In this document: positions 1-8,392 of the stretch, in pieces
Layout of the letters: each line of letters begins with the position of its first letter
Position numbering within the stretch: position 1 is the first letter of the stretch
Source: Actinomycetota bacterium
GTDB lineage: Bacteria > Actinomycetota > Acidimicrobiia > Acidimicrobiales > JAMCPD01
Length of the DNA stretch: 64,000 nucleotides
Assembly: GCA_023379935.1 (NCBI GenBank)
Contig: JAMCPD010000025.1
Span: forward strand, 13,427 to 77,426
Direction of reading: 5' to 3'
Translations under genes and position numbers: made by a program
The notes under the pieces: model-generated
Database searches by the model: none
What the model saw: the letters and a program-made list of their open reading frames with translations, nothing else
What the model was told of the DNA's origin: nothing

Positions 1-353
1 ATGGTTACTTACTCAAGACCGCTCCGGATGATGAACTTATATGTGCTATAAGGTCGGTGCACTCAGGTTCATTAGTTCTTGACTCTACTTTGGCGGGAAA
101 CTTCAACAACGCTCAAGCCGGCTTCAACCAAGCAAGAGGAACCCCCGAATTAACCGATAGGGAGCTTGAGATAGTAAGCATGGTGGCACAAGGGATGCCT
201 AACAAACAGATAGCCGCAAAGTTGGAGATAAGTCGCCGTACTGTCGAGGGCCATGTCAGACATATCTTTGATAAACTTGCGGTGAACTCAAGAACACAAC
301 TTTCCGTATATGCTATTGAACACCGGCTTGTACCTGGCGGATCTGTTGAATAA
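1..353 (+). CDS. NarL/LuxR-family two-component response regulator, C-terminal part (5' end lies upstream of the window)
   Basis: Frame 3 is open from base 3 (GYLLKTAPDDELICAIRSVHSGSLVLD) and continues into track ORF 57..353. C-terminal LuxR/GerE HTH: LTDRELEIVSMVAQGMPNKQIAAKLEISRRTVEGHVRHIFDKL. A HisKA_3 kinase starts 9 nt downstream. Confidence 0.85.
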   Translation, partial: GYLLKTAPDDELICAIRSVHSGSLVLDSTLAGNFNNAQAGFNQARGTPELTDRELEIVSMVAQGMPNKQIAAKLEISRRTVEGHVRHIFDKLAVNSRTQLSVYAIEHRLVPGGSVE

Positions 354-362
354 CCGGTAGAA

Positions 363-1829
363 TTGTTGGACAATCAGCGTTCTATTCCCCTAAAACAACG
401 TATATCGCCTCCCTATAAAGACAGGCGATTTTGGATAATACAAGGACTGGTTCTTGTAATCCTTGCAATCCATTATGCAATGGATTACCATCTGATACTA
501 AAAGGAATACCTGATTTTGTTGCTGTAGCTTTATTCGTCGCTCCAATTCTTTATGCGGCACTTAACTTTGGTTTTTATGGCGCAGTTTTAACTACCTCCT
601 GGGCGATTGCTGCGATTATCCCCGATGTAGTGGAAAAAGCTGTAGCTGGTAGTTGGGTTGAGGTATGGGCGCATATAGTCGAAATCCTTATCTTGATAAT
701 GCTCGCTATATTCGTCAGCCGCCGGGTTGAAAAAGAGTGGGCAGTTACAAGATCTTATGAGATCACAGAGAAACGCTATCGTGATCTTTTTGAGGTGAAC
801 CTGTCTCCTATTTTAATAATAGGAGAAAAAGAAGTGGTATATGAGGCTAATCCCGCGGCTATGGCACTTTTTTGGCATCCGATAAAATTGAGAGGCACTT
901 CACTCGTAGGGCAATCTTTAACGGACATTTTGGGGTTAAAAGGAGTGAGAATATCCACCAGCACCAACAACGAACAGACTTTTTCTTTTCAAAAAGCCGA
1001 TGGGCAAGAGGTGGAACTGCATCCGATAAGTTCACCAATGGTCGACAAGGACGGTAATACACTTGTTCAAATTATCTTTCACGATATCACCAGCCAATCA
1101 CGTCGCAGGAAACAAGCACAAAGTTACGCTGCTCATGTTTTACAAGGGCAAGAGGATGAACGGCGCAGAATAGCACAGGAGTTGCATGATGAAACCCTTC
1201 AAACACTTGTACAGTTAATGCGCAAGATAACAGCTGTCCAAAAGGCGATCTCATCTTCGACTGTGGACCAACCTGATGGAGCTACCCGGCCTGATGGAGC
1301 TACCCAATCTGCCATACTGCAACAAAACATACATGACTCCAGGGTATTGGTGGAAAAGACTATGAACGAGCTTAGAGTAATTGCCCGAGGGCTTAGGCCG
1401 CCCGCATTGGAGGATTTGGGGCTTATGGTAGCGTTAAGAAGGTTGCTGGAAGATGTCGAAGAACGTACTAAGATTACGATTACGTTTGAGTCCAAGGGTG
1501 AAGAGGTCAAACTATCAGAACAAGCGGAAATTATTCTCTACCGTATAGTGCAAGAAGCTCTCAGCAACATAGAAAGACATTCCTTGGCTCACCAGGTAAA
1601 AGTGAACTTTAATTTTTTGAACAACAGCATAGAAATTCAGGTTATAGATGACGGGATTGGCTTTGATGCTCCGGGGGTACTCTCTTCAATGTATACTCTC
1701 GGTCTATCCGGCATGACAGAGCGTGCATGGTTGATAGGCGGTGAGTTGGAGATAAATTCACAACCCGGCAGAGGTACGGTAATATCTTTAAAGGTTCCGC
1801 TTGAAACTATAAAGGAAGAAAGGAAGTAG
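363..1829 (+). CDS. Sensor histidine kinase (membrane N-terminus, PAS-like segment, HisKA_3 plus HATPase_c)
   Basis: 488-aa ORF with a hydrophobic N-terminal ~130 aa. H-box RIAQELHDETLQTL. ATPase boxes QEALSNIERHS, DDGIGFD and GLSGMTERAWLIGGEL. The TTG start is uncertain. Confidence 0.85.
   Translation: MLDNQRSIPLKQRISPPYKDRRFWIIQGLVLVILAIHYAMDYHLILKGIPDFVAVALFVAPILYAALNFGFYGAVLTTSWAIAAIIPDVVEKAVAGSWVEVWAHIVEILILIMLAIFVSRRVEKEWAVTRSYEITEKRYRDLFEVNLSPILIIGEKEVVYEANPAAMALFWHPIKLRGTSLVGQSLTDILGLKGVRISTSTNNEQTFSFQKADGQEVELHPISSPMVDKDGNTLVQIIFHDITSQSRRRKQAQSYAAHVLQGQEDERRRIAQELHDETLQTLVQLMRKITAVQKAISSSTVDQPDGATRPDGATQSAILQQNIHDSRVLVEKTMNELRVIARGLRPPALEDLGLMVALRRLLEDVEERTKITITFESKGEEVKLSEQAEIILYRIVQEALSNIERHSLAHQVKVNFNFLNNSIEIQVIDDGIGFDAPGVLSSMYTLGLSGMTERAWLIGGELEINSQPGRGTVISLKVPLETIKEERK
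1272..1307 (+). repeat. In-frame 18-bp tandem duplication (x2) inside the kinase linker
   Basis: cctgatggagctacccgg / cctgatggagctacccaa, encoding PDGATR-PDGATQ. 16/18 identical. Confidence 0.9.
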
Positions 1830-1832
1830 ACA

Positions 1833-3293
1833 ATGGACAAAGACAGTTCGTCACCACAACTTGTATCTGATGAGCTTAATCAGATTTTCTTATCAGACAG
1901 ACCCTGGTCTATTGAACAACATGGCATAGAGACTATTGGCGCCGAGGAGCGTCACGGTAGCACATTTGAACTATTCTGGATATGGTTTGCCGCAAGCATA
2001 GGAATACTGGCGGTTGTTTATGGTGCTTTATTGACAGCAATAGGACTTGATTTGTGGCAAGCGATTTTTGCGGGGATGGTTGGTTGTGCCGGATCTTTTG
2101 TGGTGGTTGGCATACTTGGTATAGCGGGTAAACAAGGTGGTGCGCCAATGTTGACGCTTTCGAGAAGACCGTTTGGTAAACGAGGTAATTTAGGGCCAAC
2201 ATTGGTCAGTTGGATAAACCTACTTGGTTGGGAGGTCATAGTAACAGTTACTGCCACATATGCACTGCTTGGGCTGTTGAATGTTGTCTTTGGTATACAT
2301 GCAACTACCTCTTGGACAGTTGTATCTCTACTTGTCATGCTGGCTCTCAGTCTTGCGGTTGGAATACTGGGTCATGCCACTATTGTTCAAATTCAAAAGA
2401 TAGCTACCTGGCTGTTTGGAGGTTTAACCTTAGTGATATTGCCTTTTTTGATAACCAAGACACACTGGTCAGCTCTCAGTGGTGCCCATCCCGCCCCTTG
2501 GGGAACGGTAGTAGCGGGTATTGGTATCATAGCGGCGGGAACCGGTATAAGTTGGTCCAATGTAAGTGCTGATTACACACGATACCTACCAAAGGACGAA
2601 TCCGATAAGGCAATCGTGTGGTGGACGGTGTTGGGTTCTACATTACCGACTTTAATTCTTATTATAGTAGGCATCTTGCTTTCCAGCGCCATTAAAGGGC
2701 TATCCGCTGCATCTGATCCCATATCTTCCATCCAGGCTGTGCTTCCATCATGGATGGCAATTCCATACCTATTTGCAGCTATTGGAGGACTGCTTATTGA
2801 AACAGACTTGGCACTTTATTCTTCCGGGCTCAACCTGTTAGTACTGGGAGTAAAGGTTAAGCGATATAAGACCGTTGCCGTGGATGGTGCAGTTATTATT
2901 GCAGGCGGGATAGCGATAATGGTGGTGAGTAACAGCTTTATGGCCCCTTTCATAACCTTCCTTGAGTTATTGGCTGTTGCACTGGCAACCTGGGCCGCTA
3001 TTTTCGTGGTTGACATGATAAGAGGCAGTTATGATAGTTCGACCCCAGACAATGTAGGTCCGATTGGCAAATACCTGTATTACAAAGGGTTTAACCTGCC
3101 CGGGCTTGGAAGTTGGTTAATTGGTATAACTATAGGCCTGTTGTTTACAGCTTCACCTTGGTTTAGTGGCCCACTGGCCAAAGGAATATTTGCTACATCC
3201 AATCTCGGATACTTTATAGGGGCAGTTGTTGCTGCTGTAGTATATGTGGCTTATATCCGTATATGCGCCGGATATGTTCAAAGTAAGAGTTAG
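1833..3293 (+). CDS. NCS1-family nucleobase/cation symporter (purine-cytosine permease-like)
   Basis: 486 aa with about 12 predicted TM segments. N-terminal GAEERHGSTFELFWIWFAASI and mid-protein WSNVSADYTRYLP are typical of CodB/NCS1 permeases. Starts 4 nt after the kinase stop. Confidence 0.75.
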   Translation: MDKDSSSPQLVSDELNQIFLSDRPWSIEQHGIETIGAEERHGSTFELFWIWFAASIGILAVVYGALLTAIGLDLWQAIFAGMVGCAGSFVVVGILGIAGKQGGAPMLTLSRRPFGKRGNLGPTLVSWINLLGWEVIVTVTATYALLGLLNVVFGIHATTSWTVVSLLVMLALSLAVGILGHATIVQIQKIATWLFGGLTLVILPFLITKTHWSALSGAHPAPWGTVVAGIGIIAAGTGISWSNVSADYTRYLPKDESDKAIVWWTVLGSTLPTLILIIVGILLSSAIKGLSAASDPISSIQAVLPSWMAIPYLFAAIGGLLIETDLALYSSGLNLLVLGVKVKRYKTVAVDGAVIIAGGIAIMVVSNSFMAPFITFLELLAVALATWAAIFVVDMIRGSYDSSTPDNVGPIGKYLYYKGFNLPGLGSWLIGITIGLLFTASPWFSGPLAKGIFATSNLGYFIGAVVAAVVYVAYIRICAGYVQSKS

Positions 3294-4335
3294 ACCTAAA
3301 CGTTTGATACTGGTGGGGAGTATCATAGTCGACATACTTTTGTACATAGACAAGTTTCCCTCACGTGGCAGTGACATAATGGTACACCACAATCTTGTTG
3401 CTACCGGAGGTGGCTTTAATGTACTGAGTGCAGCCAGCCGATTGAACATGAAAGTTGCTTATGCCGGGCGTGTAGGAGGAGGTATCTTTGGACAAAAGGT
3501 TGCACAAGACTTGGATGATATGAGTATTCCTCTGCTTTTAGAACCTGAAAAAACTTCCGACAATATCTTAGACACAGGTTTTGACATAGCCATTGTGGAG
3601 AAAGGGAAACTGGGAGATGGTCTAAAAGGAGATGGAGTCGGACAACGGACATTCATTACCGCCCCGGGCATCGAGTCTTGTTTGAGCACTAAAGACTTGG
3701 ACGGACTTAACCTGTATTTCAAGGACGCGATTTACATCTCCGGTTATGAACTGACTTACCCTGTCTCAGGTAGTTCCATCACTTCATGGTTATATCTGTT
3801 GGATGATGACAAGCTTCTTGTGGTTGATACAGGTCCTTTGCTGACTGAAATTCCAATCGAAAGATTGGACAGTATGTTGGCGCGTGTTGACATACTGTCC
3901 ATGAACTTAACCGAAGCAGCTCTGCTTTTTGAAAGATACTATGGGAAGGATTTGTCCGAAGATATCGGGGGAGGCGGGGATGGAAATGTGGAGATTGAAA
4001 AGCTGGCCGTCTCACTTTGTAAGATGGTCAAGAAAACATCTCTTGTCGTGGTTCGCACAGGTGCCAACGGTTGTGTGCTGGCTCAGGATGGTATCGGTAC
4101 TTTACACATACCGGGTAGACAGACAGTAGCCGTAGATACCACGGGTGCAGGTGATGTGCATACCGGGGCGTTACTGGCGAGACTTAGTGCCGGTGATGAT
4201 CCGACCACAGCGGCAAGAATAGCAAACATTGCCGCAGGCATGGCGGTAGAGAAAAAAGGGCCGTCTAGCTCGCCTTCATGGGCTGAACTAGAGGCCGTCT
4301 TGGTGGGGGAGAAGCGGACAAGTTGGAAAATATAA
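3274..4335 (+). CDS. PfkB-family carbohydrate/nucleoside kinase (ribokinase-like)
   Basis: Track ORF 3244..4335. ATG at 3274 (MFKVRVRPKRLILVGSIIVD) is the preferred start. PfkB signature DTTGAGDVHTGALLARL near the C-terminus, and N-terminal GGGFNV motif. Confidence 0.8.
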   Translation: MFKVRVRPKRLILVGSIIVDILLYIDKFPSRGSDIMVHHNLVATGGGFNVLSAASRLNMKVAYAGRVGGGIFGQKVAQDLDDMSIPLLLEPEKTSDNILDTGFDIAIVEKGKLGDGLKGDGVGQRTFITAPGIESCLSTKDLDGLNLYFKDAIYISGYELTYPVSGSSITSWLYLLDDDKLLVVDTGPLLTEIPIERLDSMLARVDILSMNLTEAALLFERYYGKDLSEDIGGGGDGNVEIEKLAVSLCKMVKKTSLVVVRTGANGCVLAQDGIGTLHIPGRQTVAVDTTGAGDVHTGALLARLSAGDDPTTAARIANIAAGMAVEKKGPSSSPSWAELEAVLVGEKRTSWKI

Positions 4336-4369
4336 TGAACTTTGGTGTATGGTAGAAGTGGTGTAAGGT

Positions 4370-7300
4370 ATGGCTAAGCGTGTGTGTATAGACGGTAATG
4401 AAGCTGTTGCTCAAGTCGCATACTCACTCAGTGAAGTAATACCGATCTATCCGATTACACCGGCTTCACCAATGGCTGAACTTGCTGATGATTGGAGTGA
4501 AGAGGGGCGGACCAATTGCTGGGGAGAAGTCCCCAAAATTGTTGAGTTGGAAAGTGAAGCAGGTGCAGCCGGCTCATTACACGGTGCTGTAGCTGCGGGC
4601 GCGCTTGGAACCACATTCACAGCTTCCCAAGGGCTGCTTTTAATGTTGCCTAATATGTTCAAATTGGCTGGTGAGTTAGCTCCTTGTGTAATTCATGTGG
4701 CATCTCGTTCTGTAGCTACCCATGCTTTGTCAATTTTTGGTGATCACAGTGATGTTATGGCAGTACGATCCAGCGGGTTTGGGATGCTTGCTTCCGGTTC
4801 AGTCCAAGAAGCACACGATCTGGCTCTGATAGCTCATGTAGCCACACTGCGTTCCAGGGTTCCTTTTTTACACTTTTTTGACGGTTTTAGGACTTCACAT
4901 GAGATCTCAACTGTTGACTTGATGGATGAAAATGATTTTCGGGCATTGATGGATCCCGATGCTTTAGCTGCTCATAGAGAGAGGGGATTGTCTCCGGACC
5001 ATCCGGTGCTCATGGGTTCTGCACAAAATCCGGATGTTTTTTTTCAATCACGTGAAGCACCAAACCCACTTTATCAAGCAGTGAGCACCATAGTGCAAGA
5101 CACGATGAACCGGCTTGAAAAGCAAACAGGGCGCTGTTATCATTTGGTGGACTACTTTGGAGATCCGAATCCGGATCGAGTGATAGTGTTAATGGGGTCG
5201 GCAAGTGGTGCGGTTGTCGAAGTGGTTGAGACACTTGCTCAGCTTGGTGAAAAAGTGGGTTTTATTGCAGTACGTCTTTATCGTCCTTTCCCGGCGGACG
5301 CCTTGGTGGCTGCCATTCCCCCCACTACTCAAGGGATAGCAGTGTTGGATCGCACAAAAGAATCCGGATCGTTTGGTGAACCCCTATTTTTAGATGTCTT
5401 GGGTAGTATTGCACAAAAATGGAGTGACGCAGGACGCGCCAGTATGCCAAAAGTTATTGGAGGGAGATATGGTCTTTCATCAAAAGAGTTTACTCCTGCA
5501 ATGGCTAAAGCAGTTTTCGATGAGTTAGCCAATCCCTACTCCAAGCAACGCTTTACTGTAGGCATTGTTGATGATGTAACTCATACCAGTCTTGATGTTG
5601 ACAACAGCTTCAAGATTAAACAACCCAAAGGACGACACCCTATAACACAGGCTGTATTCTACGGGCTTGGCAGTGATGGAACTGTGAGCGCCAATAAGTC
5701 GGCAATAAAGATTATTGGTGAAAAAACCAACCACTACGCCCAGGGTTATTTTGTTTATGACTCCAAAAAAGCAGGTGCCCTTACGGTATCGCATTTACGT
5801 TTTGGGTCAGAACCTATTTATTCAACCTACTTGATTACCGAAGCCGACTTTGTGGCATGTCACCAATTCGGATTGCTTGAGCGCCACGATGTACTACACC
5901 CGGCTAAGCAAAATGCAACCTTTCTGTTGAACAGTCCTTGGTCAAGTGAGGATGTTTGGGATCACTTAAATGTTGAAACACAAAAAACTATCTTGGATAA
6001 AAAACTGGATTTTTGGGTAATTGACGCTGACAAGTTGGCTGCCAAGACGGGGCTGGGTCGTCGTATCAATACGATTATGCAACCTTGTTTTTTCGCTCTT
6101 TCGGGGGTGCTCCAGTTGGATCAAGCTATTGCTGAAATAAAGGACTCGATAAAGCAGACTTATGGCAAAAAGAGTCATGCGATAGTCGAACGTAACTGGC
6201 AAGCCGTTGACCTGGCGATTGATGAGATGCGCCGTGTAGATGTTACGGGTTTTGCCGTGAAAACCCCGACCAGTTTGACGCCTTCAAGGGCGACGGGTTC
6301 TTGGCACATGACGGATTTCGTTAAACAGGTAACACTGCCTCTTATCAAAGACAAAGGCGATGAGTTGCCTGTCAGTGCTCTGCCTGCCGATGGACGGTTT
6401 CCGACCGGAACATCAAAGTGGGAAAAGCGTTCTATAGCCAGGGAAATACCGATATGGGATCCGACAATATGTATTGACTGCGGAAAATGCACAATTGTTT
6501 GTCCCCATGCGGCAGTTCGGATGAAAGTATTTTTGCCGTCTGCTCTTGACGGCGCTCCGGGGGGATTTTTATCAAAAGACTTTCGCTCAAGAGAGTTACC
6601 TGGATATCGGTTGTGCATTCAAGTTTCGCCACAAGACTGCACAGGGTGCGGAGTATGCGTGGAGGCATGCCCTGTAACTGATAAAACCCGTTCCGGACAT
6701 AAGTCCATCAACATGGAGTTGGTGACAAAACACCTTGAGGCGGAGCTTGAACGGTGGGAGTTCTTTTCCGCTATACCCACACTGGATCCGACCTTACTTA
6801 GCCCGAACACTGTCAAAGGATCTCAAGTGCGGGAATCCCTTTTTGAATTTTCAGGCGCTTGTGCCGGTTGCGGTGAGACACCCTATTTGAACCTACTTAC
6901 CCAACTCTTCGGCGATCGCATTATCATAGCCAATGCCACAGGCTGCTCTTCTATCTATGGCGGCAACCTTCCGACTACCCCTTGGTCGTACAACAGCGAG
7001 GGCAGGGGACCGGCCTGGGCAAACTCGTTATTTGAGGACAACGCTGAGTTTGGTTTGGGCATTCACCTTGGAGTTGAACGTCATGTAAAACAGGCACGTC
7101 AATTTCTGAAAAATGCGGCATCAAAAGTTGGGGTGGAACTGGCAAACTCCATCTTGGACGCTAGCCAGAATGATGATGCGGGAGTTAAAGCTCAACGTGA
7201 ACGGGTGGCGGAACTGAAGAAACGCCTTGAACTGGCAATGGAAGAAAAAGGCGCCAAGCTAAACGGGGAGGTTGCACTGAGCGAGGGAGCAGATGAATTG

Positions 7301-8026
7301 AGCAAGTTGCACCAGTTGAGTGACTATCTTGTCAAGAAAAGTGTCTGGATTGTCGGTGGTGACGGTTGGGCATACGACATAGGTTTTGGAGGGCTTGAAC
7401 ATGTGCTCGCTTCGGGGGCAAATGTAAACATTCTTGTATTGGATACAGAGGTCTACTCTAACACTGGCGGGCAGTCCTCGAAAGCTACTCCCAGAGGGGC
7501 TATCGCCAAGTTTGCCGCCGGGGGAAAACATAATCCAAAGATGAACTTGGGTATGTTAGGTATAGAGCTCGGGGAGGTTTATGTGGCGCAAGTTGCCATT
7601 GGAGCGAATGATATTCAGACCGTCAAGGCCTTCATTGAGGCAGACGCTTTCCCCGGTCCTTCATTGATTATCGCTTACTCAAGCTGTGTTCCGGCACACG
7701 GTATTGAGGAATCAAAGTCTATGTCGAGCCAAAGTCTTGCGGTAAAAAGCGGCTACTGGCCACTTTATCGTTATCATCCCGGTGTTATTGAACATGCTCA
7801 TCCATTCCAACTGGACTCCCATACACCTTCAATACCGTTTGCGGAGTATGCACATATTCAGACGCGCTTTTCAATGCCGGCTCATACCAGCAAGGCGGCG
7901 GCTAAACAACTGTTGAAGTTGGCTCAAGCTGATATTGATGAACAGTGGCGCTATTATGAACAACTTGCCGGGATAGAACGTACCGTTCCGACGTTACCGG
8001 ACAAGGATTGGCCGGGAGAAAGCTAG
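4370..8026 (+). CDS. nifJ: Pyruvate:ferredoxin (flavodoxin) oxidoreductase, single-chain PFOR
   Basis: 1218 aa. Two ferredoxin-type clusters, CIDCGKCTIVCP and CTGCGVCVEACP. TPP-binding GGDGWAYDIGFGGLEH. Length and domain order match NifJ-type PFOR. Confidence 0.95.
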   Translation: MAKRVCIDGNEAVAQVAYSLSEVIPIYPITPASPMAELADDWSEEGRTNCWGEVPKIVELESEAGAAGSLHGAVAAGALGTTFTASQGLLLMLPNMFKLAGELAPCVIHVASRSVATHALSIFGDHSDVMAVRSSGFGMLASGSVQEAHDLALIAHVATLRSRVPFLHFFDGFRTSHEISTVDLMDENDFRALMDPDALAAHRERGLSPDHPVLMGSAQNPDVFFQSREAPNPLYQAVSTIVQDTMNRLEKQTGRCYHLVDYFGDPNPDRVIVLMGSASGAVVEVVETLAQLGEKVGFIAVRLYRPFPADALVAAIPPTTQGIAVLDRTKESGSFGEPLFLDVLGSIAQKWSDAGRASMPKVIGGRYGLSSKEFTPAMAKAVFDELANPYSKQRFTVGIVDDVTHTSLDVDNSFKIKQPKGRHPITQAVFYGLGSDGTVSANKSAIKIIGEKTNHYAQGYFVYDSKKAGALTVSHLRFGSEPIYSTYLITEADFVACHQFGLLERHDVLHPAKQNATFLLNSPWSSEDVWDHLNVETQKTILDKKLDFWVIDADKLAAKTGLGRRINTIMQPCFFALSGVLQLDQAIAEIKDSIKQTYGKKSHAIVERNWQAVDLAIDEMRRVDVTGFAVKTPTSLTPSRATGSWHMTDFVKQVTLPLIKDKGDELPVSALPADGRFPTGTSKWEKRSIAREIPIWDPTICIDCGKCTIVCPHAAVRMKVFLPSALDGAPGGFLSKDFRSRELPGYRLCIQVSPQDCTGCGVCVEACPVTDKTRSGHKSINMELVTKHLEAELERWEFFSAIPTLDPTLLSPNTVKGSQVRESLFEFSGACAGCGETPYLNLLTQLFGDRIIIANATGCSSIYGGNLPTTPWSYNSEGRGPAWANSLFEDNAEFGLGIHLGVERHVKQARQFLKNAASKVGVELANSILDASQNDDAGVKAQRERVAELKKRLELAMEEKGAKLNGEVALSEGADELSKLHQLSDYLVKKSVWIVGGDGWAYDIGFGGLEHVLASGANVNILVLDTEVYSNTGGQSSKATPRGAIAKFAAGGKHNPKMNLGMLGIELGEVYVAQVAIGANDIQTVKAFIEADAFPGPSLIIAYSSCVPAHGIEESKSMSSQSLAVKSGYWPLYRYHPGVIEHAHPFQLDSHTPSIPFAEYAHIQTRFSMPAHTSKAAAKQLLKLAQADIDEQWRYYEQLAGIERTVPTLPDKDWPGES

Positions 8027-8392
8027 TTGTTGGTTTGCATTAAAAGCACAAAAACTTGAAACTTGTTTCAAGGTGTTTATAAGCGCGCCTGCTTGACCTG
8101 ACACATCTCTCATGCCAATGAAACCGGTGCCGTTTCTTTTGATATTGCTGTTTCGATTGTATGTTGTGTTTGCGATCCTGAGCGCAGTTGTCGGATGGAT
8201 AGTTGAAAGAGTTTAAACGGTTCTTCGCGTATGGGCTTAGTTTGGAAGCGGTCAATTTTATTCTGTTCAAAATGAGTTAAAAATAGCCTCTTGCCGACAT
8301 TTTCAACAATCAGGTATATACAGGTACATACAGATATGAACAGCTGCTATGTTATTGAGAAGGTTTTTGGTTCTGCTGCCGATAAACTTTAT

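Noticed and set aside
8112-8216. 34-aa hydrophobic plus-strand mini-ORF (MPMKPVPFLLILLFRLYVVFAILSAVVGWIVERV). A similar 28-aa one lies at 30802-30888 (MLSGAFLVIITTMITEVVLGLICRAFIL).
   Set aside because: Either could be a small membrane peptide, but neither has a convincing Shine-Dalgarno sequence. Such ORFs arise easily by chance in T-rich spacers, so they cannot be supported from sequence alone.
8040-8270. 76-aa minus-strand ORF in the PFOR/repeat-protein spacer
   Set aside because: It has a highly basic low-complexity translation, no RBS or motif, and sits in a spacer that more likely holds a terminator and promoter.
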